From contig JAUIFI010000001.1 of the NCBI GenBank assembly GCA_030429505.1, positions 630,001 through 662,000 on the forward strand: DNA of 32,000 bases, read 5' to 3'. The notes beneath the pieces were generated by a model that searched no databases, had not been told where the DNA came from, and saw only the letters and a program-made list of their open reading frames with translations. This document shows, one piece after another, positions 24,922-32,000 of this stretch. Position numbers and translations under genes: made by a program. The number at the start of each line of letters is the position of its first letter. Within the stretch, counting starts at the first letter, position 1. The DNA is from Candidatus Saccharimonadota bacterium (GTDB taxonomy: Bacteria > Patescibacteriota > Gracilibacteria > UBA4473).

Positions 24922-26064
24922 ATGAAAACAAATCTGGAATCTCCTACCGAAATCTATGAAATGAACTTACAAAATCTAGCAGAAAATCCAAAAGATGAAG
25001 AAGCTTTATTTGAAGAAATCATAGAAGCTAAAGAACGAAGGGATAATTTAGTAAGAAAAAAATATCAATTGGAAAAAACACTGAAAGAGATCAGCCTTAC
25101 TCGTGAGGAAATTATAAATATAGGACAAAGACTACAAGAAGAGATTGAAGACATCAGGGAAAAAGTAAACAATCTCATAAATTCAAATAATATAGATGAA
25201 GACGTTCAAAAGATAAAAGAGCAAATCACAAAAATACTAACCCAAGTAGAAGAAGATTTAAGTGTTTCAGAAGAACTATTAACACAGCTTGCAACAGAAG
25301 AAATCACAGAAATATCAGAAGAATCTCTGAAAAACTATAAAGCTCAAATAGAGAGTCTAAAAGAAGAAAATACAGAATTACAAAAGGAAATCGATCAAAA
25401 AAATTCTCCAAAAATAGATATAAGCAGAATAAGACATAACATAAAAAGTCCTTTGGCTTCAGCACAAGGATCACTCTCTACTATTGAAAACGATGCCGAA
25501 GAAGCCATTCAAGATATCAACATAAATATAGATAAAGCCTTAGAAGTACTAACAGAAACAGAAAAAGGCAATGTGATAGAAGAAGTATCCATACACAAAA
25601 TAACTAAAATAATAGAAACATCACTTATCACCGGACAAGGTTTAGCAAAAACCACAAATAGAAGCATAGTATTTTCATTACAGCAAGAGGACCATCTTGA
25701 TCCTTCTGTAACACTGCAATCAATCCCATGTTACATCGAACAAACAATCGACAATCTCATAAGCAATAGTATAAAATATAACGACAAACAGAAGGGAGAA
25801 ATAGCCGTATATCTCAAAATAGACGAAAAAAAACTAATTATCACCATAAAGGATAACGGGCGAGGAATGAACTCTAAAGAACTGCAAACTCTCGGAACTC
25901 GTTATACAAGATTTCAGAAAAAAAACGATGTTATAGAAGGCAATGGCATCGGTCTGAGCGGTGTAAACAACATGCTTGAAAAAATAAATGGTACCATAAC
26001 CTTTCAAAGTGAAGAAGGACAAGGTACATCAGCCATCGTAAAACTCCCCCTTCAAAAAATTTGA
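24922..26064 (+). CDS. Cytoplasmic sensor histidine kinase with long N-terminal coiled coil (orphan)
   Basis: H-box IRHNIKSPLASAQG, N-box DNLISNSIKYN, G1 DNGRGM and G2 GNGIGLSGV. There is no TM segment, and no response regulator lies in the window. Confidence 0.85.
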   Translation: MKTNLESPTEIYEMNLQNLAENPKDEEALFEEIIEAKERRDNLVRKKYQLEKTLKEISLTREEIINIGQRLQEEIEDIREKVNNLINSNNIDEDVQKIKEQITKILTQVEEDLSVSEELLTQLATEEITEISEESLKNYKAQIESLKEENTELQKEIDQKNSPKIDISRIRHNIKSPLASAQGSLSTIENDAEEAIQDININIDKALEVLTETEKGNVIEEVSIHKITKIIETSLITGQGLAKTTNRSIVFSLQQEDHLDPSVTLQSIPCYIEQTIDNLISNSIKYNDKQKGEIAVYLKIDEKKLIITIKDNGRGMNSKELQTLGTRYTRFQKKNDVIEGNGIGLSGVNNMLEKINGTITFQSEEGQGTSAIVKLPLQKI

Positions 26065-26149
26065 AAGAAAAATATCACCTCCAACGTATAAGAGTATGAA
26101 GTCGGCCACTTCTACTTCATCTACTCATTATTTATAACTATCTCATATC

Positions 26150-26650
26150 ATGAATAAAAAGTTATTCACTTTCGGCCTTATGACCATCGCTGGTATCGCT
26201 AGCATTAGTACTACGAATGCATTTTTTGGAAAAAATATGGATTTCGCAGAACTCAAAGCCATGATCCTTCAGTACGACAATGCTGAAGATTTTCACACAG
26301 CTATGAAAGCTAAACACGAAGCCATGAGAGCAGAACACCAAGTTATGCGTGAACAAGTCACAAAAACTGTTGAAAATATTTCTAATGGTGTCAGGGTCAC
26401 CAAAATCTCTGACAACCCTGAGGTTGTAGAAAAGCTACAATCGCACGAGATGAAAGAATCACGAAACGAATCAATCACAAGAACAAAAAATAATATCTCT
26501 AATGGTATTGAAATCACCATCACCTCTACCGATCCCGAAGTCGTTGAAAAAATCCAAAATAGAGAAATCAAAAAAGGAAAACGAGGTCATAAGTTTGGAC
26601 GAAAAGGAAAACATGGCTTCGGGCAAAGACGAAGCTTTCAGGGAATGTAA
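26150..26650 (+). CDS. Secreted protein with two ~38-aa tandem repeats and basic G/K/R tail
   Basis: Signal peptide MNKKLFTFGLMTIAGIASISTTNAF. The repeats are ENISNGVRVTKISDNPEVVEKLQSHEMK and NNISNGIEITITSTDPEVVEKIQNREIK. Confidence 0.7.
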   Translation: MNKKLFTFGLMTIAGIASISTTNAFFGKNMDFAELKAMILQYDNAEDFHTAMKAKHEAMRAEHQVMREQVTKTVENISNGVRVTKISDNPEVVEKLQSHEMKESRNESITRTKNNISNGIEITITSTDPEVVEKIQNREIKKGKRGHKFGRKGKHGFGQRRSFQGM

Positions 26651-26685
26651 AACACAAGAGCTTTAAAATATTTACTAACCTAAAA

Positions 26686-26711
26686 AAAACTCTCGAATAC
26701 TCGAGAGTTTT
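26686..26711. terminator. Bidirectional intrinsic terminator
   Basis: AAAACTCTCGA-ATAC-TCGAGAGTTTT lies between convergent genes. Confidence 0.75.
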
Positions 26712-26758
26712 GTTTAAATGATTTATATAAAAAGTTTTTTTAGACAAACTAAGAATAG

Positions 26759-27478
26759 TTAGTTCACAACTAAAGTAGTTACTCCTGATTTTGAGAAAAT
26801 TGTATAAATCCCTGACGAAAAATCATCCGTAAAGATTATTCCATTAGAAATGGTCTTCACTTTCCTACCCATAATATCATATATTTCCGAATCTTCCTCT
26901 GAAGGAGAAATACGAACAGTTTCTCCCTTATTTGAAGGATTCGGGTAGCAAAGAAAATTCTCCTTGCTATTGACATTCGGAGAAGAAACCGATGTAAAGA
27001 TAAACTTTGGTCGATAACGGAAAAGAGCGGGAAATTCTCCGATTTTTACAACTCTACCATCACCAATCGCGAAAAGAGTCACCAAATAAGTATTATTTCG
27101 ATACCTAAAAATATCGTGCTCCCACAGATCCAAAGAAATACGAAATTTCCCATCGGATTTCAAATCTTGAGCTTTATTTATTTTGTAATCAAAATACCCA
27201 TGCAAGGGTAATTGTTTCCCATCAAATGCGGTGAAAACTAGATAATAATCATAATCTATGTATTCATGCATATGATCCTCCCCTGAGGTGTCTTTCACTT
27301 CAGGATCAAAACAAAAAAGCACATTACGGTCAGTTATTAGCGTATCATCCGGGTACTGAGGACCCAGTAGCGAACAAGGATTCAATTGCCAAACATCGGG
27401 ATGAATATCCACATCTTGTGCAAAGATATGACTATTCAAGATGCATAAAAAAACCAAAAAACAAGATAAATACTTCAT
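26759..27478 (-). CDS. Secreted protein with T9SS-type (Por_Secre_tail-like) C-terminal sorting domain
   Basis: Signal peptide MKYLSCFLVFLCILNSHIFAQD. The C-terminus is CYPNPSNKGETVRI....IYDIMGRKVKTI......FSSGIYTIFSKSG..TTLVVN. Confidence 0.75.
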   Translation of the reverse strand: MKYLSCFLVFLCILNSHIFAQDVDIHPDVWQLNPCSLLGPQYPDDTLITDRNVLFCFDPEVKDTSGEDHMHEYIDYDYYLVFTAFDGKQLPLHGYFDYKINKAQDLKSDGKFRISLDLWEHDIFRYRNNTYLVTLFAIGDGRVVKIGEFPALFRYRPKFIFTSVSSPNVNSKENFLCYPNPSNKGETVRISPSEEDSEIYDIMGRKVKTISNGIIFTDDFSSGIYTIFSKSGVTTLVVN

Positions 27479-27681
27479 TGTATATACCCTCCTAATAAAT
27501 CAAAGAACGAATAGGCAATATCTCGAGCAAGCTCAGAAATAAACCCACTACAAGGAAATCATAATACATATTAATTAAAAAGTTAAGATAAAATGAAATT
27601 ATAAAAATAATTATCCGATCAATTGAAAACTTTTTTGAAAGAAAATATCGATCGCTTGCGTCCTAAAAGAAAAGAAGTGCT

Positions 27682-27711
27682 TTGACAAAAAGAAAATTCC
27701 TATTGTTATAA
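27682..27711 (+). promoter_or_regulatory. Promoter TTGACA-N18-TTATAA abutting the efflux operon start codon
   Basis: The -10 box ends at 27711 and the ATG is at 27718. The predicted transcription start coincides with the start codon. Confidence 0.45.
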
Positions 27712-27717
27712 GAAATC

Positions 27718-29649
27718 ATGAAAAAACCAGAAAAAAACTCCATACTAAAACAAAGTAAAGAGAAACGCCATCTCCATAAAATCTGGATTACTCTTGGCGT
27801 TATTTTAATAGGAAGCTCCGGAGCGTATTGGCAATACTCAAAAAAGAATCAAACTGCTCCCACTGAACCGGAAATTTTTACCGTAGCCAAAAAAGACCTT
27901 CGATCTGTCGTCTCTTCCGATGGGAATATCATCAACCCCAACATCGTCAATCTCTCTTTCTTCGTCAATGGAACCATTGAGAAAATCTTGGTCAAAGAAG
28001 GCGACAAAGTCGAAAAAGGACAAATACTCGCTGAACTTGATAAACGAGATTTTCAGTTTGACCTACAAAGTGCACAAAACGACGTACGCATCGTCAATGC
28101 CAACATAAAATCCAAGCAAGCCGAACTCACAGACACAGATCTCAAAGTAGCACAAAATGACCTAACTACAAGCAAAGAAAGCTTAGAATCAACTGAACGA
28201 GACCATGAACAAAAAGTCACCCAAGCCCTTGATTCAGCATCAATAAACATTGAAGCATCAATCCCCGAAATAGAAACAGCACTTCAGGACATAGACGATA
28301 TACTTGGAATAAACAACATTCATTCGGAAAAAACAGCCATATATGCCATTTTTCATAACTCAACCAAAGAGACAGAAGCAAAAAATCAACACCACAGCAT
28401 TCATCAAGCATTCAAAAATTTTTCTCGAAAATATAACTCCCAAAAAGGAATTTCAAAAACAGAAAATGTTCCTCAATACCTTAAAGATATAACAGAAATA
28501 ACAAGATCAACACAAAGCTTATTAGAAGACGTTGTAGAACTCATTAAAGACACACGCCCTACAACCTACATAACAGAAAGCGAGATTAAAACTATTCTTT
28601 CCTCTACCCAAAGCACACTTGATACCATGATCAGTCAGGTTTCAACGCTAACAAAGGCTAGACAAGCCATTGATTCTTCTATCATTACTCAAAAAAATGC
28701 CCTCATCAGTGCGGAAAACTCACTCAACAGCACCCAAACAAAATTTGAAAACAGTGAACGAAACTATGAAAAAGCTGAAGTGAATAAAGAATCGAGCTTA
28801 TCTGTCCTCTATGCCCAACTCGAACAAGCCAAACTCAAAGTCGAAAAAGCGCAATACAACCTCAGCCTCACGACACTTACATCACCCATCAACGGAGAAA
28901 TTATCCAGCTCAACGGAAACGAAGGCGAAGCCATCAAAGCCGAATCTACGAGTAGTGAAAATGCTTTTATAAAAATCTTGAGTGACGCCAACTTTACCAC
29001 TGAAGTCTATGTCGAAGAAATCGATATTGCCCAAATATCACTCGGGCAAGCCGTCGATATCACCCTCGATGCTATTCCCGATACGATATTACGAGGAGAA
29101 GTTACCTTCATCTCGAGCACTGCGACCACCGATAATAACGGCATCGTCACCTACTTGGTCCGCATCTCCATCACCGATCCCAAAGACGCTCCGATTCGAG
29201 AAGGTATGACGACCTATGTCGACTTTATCCTCGGAGAAGCAAATGATGTACTCGCCATACCAGTCACCGCTATCCGTCGAAATCGCATCACCATGACAGA
29301 CGGAAGCACACGAGAAGTGAAGACCGGATTCTCTGACGAAAGCTTCATTGAAATTACAGAAGGTCTGAAAGAGGGAGAGAAAATCTTACTCAATCCTCTC
29401 CAAGAAAAAAATGGCAGAAGAGCTCGTACTATAGGAAGACAATCTCTGCAAGGCAACGTCACCAGAACCCTCCCTCCCGAGCGTATCGAAGCTATGAAGC
29501 AAGCTGGCTTCACCGACGAAGAGCTTCAAAAATTACAAGCCGGAGAATTTACCGACGCCATGCGAGAAAAAATGCAAAAGATGAGAGAAGCAGGAGGGAA
29601 TGATAGAGGCGGTTTTCGAGGAAGGACTGGCGGCGGATTTGGACGATAA
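27718..29649 (+). CDS. HlyD/MacA-type periplasmic adaptor (membrane fusion protein) with greatly expanded coiled-coil hairpin and RGG tail
   Basis: N-terminal TM (IWITLGVILIGSSGAYW). Lipoyl half-motifs are GTIEKILVKEGDKVEKGQILAELD and LTSPINGEIIQLNGNEGEAI. They are separated by ~290 aa of heptad-like sequence. A beta-barrel/MPD region follows, then a C-terminal GGFRGRTGGGFGR tail. Confidence 0.85.
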   Translation: MKKPEKNSILKQSKEKRHLHKIWITLGVILIGSSGAYWQYSKKNQTAPTEPEIFTVAKKDLRSVVSSDGNIINPNIVNLSFFVNGTIEKILVKEGDKVEKGQILAELDKRDFQFDLQSAQNDVRIVNANIKSKQAELTDTDLKVAQNDLTTSKESLESTERDHEQKVTQALDSASINIEASIPEIETALQDIDDILGINNIHSEKTAIYAIFHNSTKETEAKNQHHSIHQAFKNFSRKYNSQKGISKTENVPQYLKDITEITRSTQSLLEDVVELIKDTRPTTYITESEIKTILSSTQSTLDTMISQVSTLTKARQAIDSSIITQKNALISAENSLNSTQTKFENSERNYEKAEVNKESSLSVLYAQLEQAKLKVEKAQYNLSLTTLTSPINGEIIQLNGNEGEAIKAESTSSENAFIKILSDANFTTEVYVEEIDIAQISLGQAVDITLDAIPDTILRGEVTFISSTATTDNNGIVTYLVRISITDPKDAPIREGMTTYVDFILGEANDVLAIPVTAIRRNRITMTDGSTREVKTGFSDESFIEITEGLKEGEKILLNPLQEKNGRRARTIGRQSLQGNVTRTLPPERIEAMKQAGFTDEELQKLQAGEFTDAMREKMQKMREAGGNDRGGFRGRTGGGFGR

Positions 29650-29654
29650 ACACT

Positions 29655-30368
29655 ATGACCAAAACAACGAAAAATATCATCGAGCTCAAAGACGTTCATA
29701 AGTCATACTACCTTGCCAATGGTGAGGAAGTACCCGTCCTTCGAGGTGTCGATGCGACCATCGGGCTTCACGAATTTGTCGCCATCATGGGCGAATCCGG
29801 CGGAGGAAAATCAACATTGATGAATATCATCGGCTGTCTTCACCCGCTCGAAAGCGGACAATATTTTTTGGAAAACGAAGATATCGGCGAAGTGCGAGAC
29901 GATTTCACACTATCCTTTATTCGCAACCGAAAAATGGGCTTTATCTTCCAGCAATTCAACCTCATCGCCAAACTCACCGCCCTCAAAAACGTCGCCCTTC
30001 CTGGCTTTTACGCCGGCATGCACCGATCCAAAAGAGAAGATAAAGCTGCCCAACTGCTCGAAACCGTAGGCTTAGGAGACCGACTCGATCACAAACCCTC
30101 AGAGCTTTCCGGCGGGCAACAACAACGCGTCTCCATCGCTCGAGCTCTTATGAATGATCCGGAAATTATTCTCGCAGATGAACCCACCGGAGCCCTAGAT
30201 TCAGTCACCGGAAAAGAAATTCTCCAACTTTTTCTGGATTTCAAAAAACGCGGGAAAACCGTCATCGTCGTCACTCATGACCCAAAAGTCGCCGATTACG
30301 CCGACCGCATCATTTTCATGAAAGACGGAAAAGTACTTGATCATAACTATAAACTGACAAAAGCCTAA
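29655..30368 (+). CDS. ABC transporter ATP-binding protein, MacB/LolD family
   Basis: Walker [13 protein letters not shown], signature [15 protein letters not shown], Walker [14 protein letters not shown]-loop VVTHD. Confidence 0.93.
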   Translation: MTKTTKNIIELKDVHKSYYLANGEEVPVLRGVDATIGLHEFVAIMGESGGGKSTLMNIIGCLHPLESGQYFLENEDIGEVRDDFTLSFIRNRKMGFIFQQFNLIAKLTALKNVALPGFYAGMHRSKREDKAAQLLETVGLGDRLDHKPSELSGGQQQRVSIARALMNDPEIILADEPTGALDSVTGKEILQLFLDFKKRGKTVIVVTHDPKVADYADRIIFMKDGKVLDHNYKLTKA

Positions 30369-30401
30369 ATGATGAAAATAAAAAAATTGTCGCAGTGCTT
30401 T

Positions 30402-30483
30402 TGTCATCCTGAATTTATTTCAGGATCTATGAACAAAAATACCACTCACTCTTGGAGCTCCCGAAACAAGTTTGGGATGACAG
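30402..30483. repeat. Inverted pair of REP-like hairpin units between the ABC ATPase and permease genes
   Basis: 30402-30427 is TGTCATCCTGAATTTATTTCAGGATC. The reverse complement of 30458-30483 is CTGTCATCCCAAACTTGTTTCGGGAG. Both match the unit at 3065-3090. Confidence 0.7.
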
Positions 30484-30505
30484 ATTCTTTGTTAACTTTT
30501 AAAAA

Positions 30506-31699
30506 ATGATACGTTGGGAAATGCTACTCATGGCGTGGAATGCACTCGTTGCGAATAAGATTCGTACACTGCTCTCTATGCTCGGTATCATTATCGGCGT
30601 TTCTACTGTCATTGCCGTCATTGGCATCGGTGCTGGAGCACAACAAACTATCGATCAGCAATTTAAAAATCTCAGCGTCACCTCTATCATTGTTTTCCCC
30701 AATCGTGGAGGCGCCGGCAGTTCCAAGCTCTCCGCAGATGATGTTCCCTACGTCCTCTCACGAGCGAACTTCGTCGTCAATGGAACCGCCATGATCTCAG
30801 GAAATACAACCGTCTCTGCTGGTAAAGAAAATCAGAGCACATCAGTCCTAGGGATCAATTCAAAATTTTTTGACATTGCCAATCTCTCTATAGGACAAGG
30901 AGAACTCATTACCGACGCCATGGAACGTGAGCATCAGAAAGTCGTCGTCCTAGGATACACACTGGCTGAAACACTCTTTGGTGAAGGCAATGCCTTTCAG
31001 GCCGTCGGACAACCCGTCACCGTTGCCAGACGAAAATTTACCATCATCGGAGTTTTGGCTGAAAATGGTGCCAGTTCCTTTGGAACTTCCTACGATGATG
31101 CTGTTTACACGCCTTTTTCGGTTGCGGAAAAAACCGTCCTCGGCGGCAACGCTCAAGTCCGCCTGACCTTTCTCGGACGAGAAGTGGAAACTCTAGAACT
31201 CGCTGAGGAAGAAATCACCACACTCCTGCGAGAAAAGCATCGACTGCGAGACAGTCAAGAAGACGATTTTCGAGTTCGTGACCCAGGCTCTATCGTCTCC
31301 TCAGCCAAAGAAACCACCAGCACCATATCTTTTCTCCTTACTTCTGTCGCCACTATCGTCCTGATCGTATCGGGAATCGGTATCATGAATGTCATGTTTG
31401 TCACCGTCGCCGAACGCACCAAAGAAATCGGCGTACTCAAAGCCATTGGTGCTAAAAAGCAAGATATCCTGTCCCAATTTTTATTAGAATCTGTCATCTT
31501 ATCTGTATCCGGCGGCATCATTGGAATTATCCTAGGACAGACCATCATACCACTTCTTCAGGAGTACGGCGCTGTCCGTTCCCTCTCTGCGGTACTTCTG
31601 GGTTTCTTTTTCTCAGTGATGGTCGGCATCTTCTTTGGCTTTTATCCGGCGTTGCAGGCATCAAAGCTCGATCCGGTAGATGCGTTGAGGAGTGAGTAA
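30506..31699 (+). CDS. ABC transporter permease, MacB/FtsX family
   Basis: The N-terminal TM contains NKIRTLLSMLGIIIGV. A periplasmic MacB_PCD-like domain follows. The C-terminal FtsX region includes ERTKEIGVLKAIGA and ends PALQASKLDPVDALRSE. Confidence 0.92.
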   Translation: MIRWEMLLMAWNALVANKIRTLLSMLGIIIGVSTVIAVIGIGAGAQQTIDQQFKNLSVTSIIVFPNRGGAGSSKLSADDVPYVLSRANFVVNGTAMISGNTTVSAGKENQSTSVLGINSKFFDIANLSIGQGELITDAMEREHQKVVVLGYTLAETLFGEGNAFQAVGQPVTVARRKFTIIGVLAENGASSFGTSYDDAVYTPFSVAEKTVLGGNAQVRLTFLGREVETLELAEEEITTLLREKHRLRDSQEDDFRVRDPGSIVSSAKETTSTISFLLTSVATIVLIVSGIGIMNVMFVTVAERTKEIGVLKAIGAKKQDILSQFLLESVILSVSGGIIGIILGQTIIPLLQEYGAVRSLSAVLLGFFFSVMVGIFFGFYPALQASKLDPVDALRSE

Positions 31700-31704
31700 A
31701 AAAA

Positions 31705-31736
31705 GAAGCCTGGAGGAAAAAATTTCCCCAGGCTTT
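31705..31736. terminator. Intrinsic terminator-like hairpin between convergent genes
   Basis: GAAGCCTGGAGG-AAAAAATTT-CCCCAGGCTTT, flanked by an A-run 5' and TTT 3'. Confidence 0.6.
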
Positions 31737-31784
31737 AATAACTAAGGTTTTGTGAAGTGTTTTTTAATAAATTTCTAATTAGTG

Positions 31785-32000
31785 TTATGGATAAATCATT
31801 ATTTTCTGATTGTGCTGTCTTTGCCCTCCTGGGGCCATAAGCACTAATTGGTAGACGCCGGGTACTATGCCGACCGTTGAAAATGGTTGTTCATTTGAAC
31901 CATGAAACGACCTTACTGGTCGTCCCGTAAAATCAAACAGAACTATATCCGATTTAGGATAAACAGAAGAGACCAAAAAGCTGTTCCCAGCTTTGATCGG
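31785..32000 (-). CDS. C-terminal part of a protein with T9SS-type sorting domain (5' end outside window)
   Basis: The frame is open to the window edge (PIKAGNSFLVSSVYPKSDIVLFDFTGRPV....GIVPGVYQLVL.......QKIMIYP*). The track's M is a TTG inside the open frame. Confidence 0.65.
   Translation of the reverse strand, partial: PIKAGNSFLVSSVYPKSDIVLFDFTGRPVRSFHGSNEQPFSTVGIVPGVYQLVLMAPGGQRQHNQKIMIYP

Overview
AT-rich bacterial chromosome segment read with the standard code (TGA is a working stop in four ATGA gene junctions). Positions 1-8205 hold a compact ribosomal-protein cluster, rplD-rplW-rplB-rpsS-rplV-rpsC // rplP-rpmC-rpsQ-rplN-rplX-rplE-rpsN-rpsH-rplF-rplR-rpsE-rplO. It has no rpmD (L30) and no secY/adk/map/infA after rplO. 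No Shine-Dalgarno sequences are visible, and several promoters abut their start codons. Together these suggest a CPR/Patescibacteria-like or similarly reduced lineage, which is inference only. A ~320 bp non-coding insert splits the cluster between rpsC and rplP. The rest is mixed: two minus-strand tRNAs (initiator Met, Leu-GAG), a soluble VirD4/TraD-like P-loop ATPase, an EVE-domain protein, a Xer-type tyrosine recombinase, tRNA-Thr, a gene-decay zone and an SLH-anchored S-layer-type protein. Next come a thioredoxin-CcdA fusion, a GC-rich gene-free block that looks like a structured ncRNA, a CCA-adding enzyme and an RRM protein. The window ends with a DEAD-box helicase, a GH5-like hydrolase, a rhomboid protease, an orphan histidine kinase, two proteins with T9SS-type C-terminal sorting domains and a MacAB-like efflux operon. 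The most unusual signals are five. (1) An identical 28-bp perfect palindrome lies over the promoter of an untracked 52-aa AbrB/SpoVT-like gene and again inside the ribosomal operon. (2) That AbrB-like gene heads a small operon with a YdbS-like PH-domain membrane protein and another membrane protein. (3) The candidate ~270-nt ncRNA. (4) An untracked 42-aa, 8-cysteine acidic peptide. (5) A REP-like hairpin family sits inside operons. No CRISPR array, rRNA, transposase or reverse transcriptase was seen.
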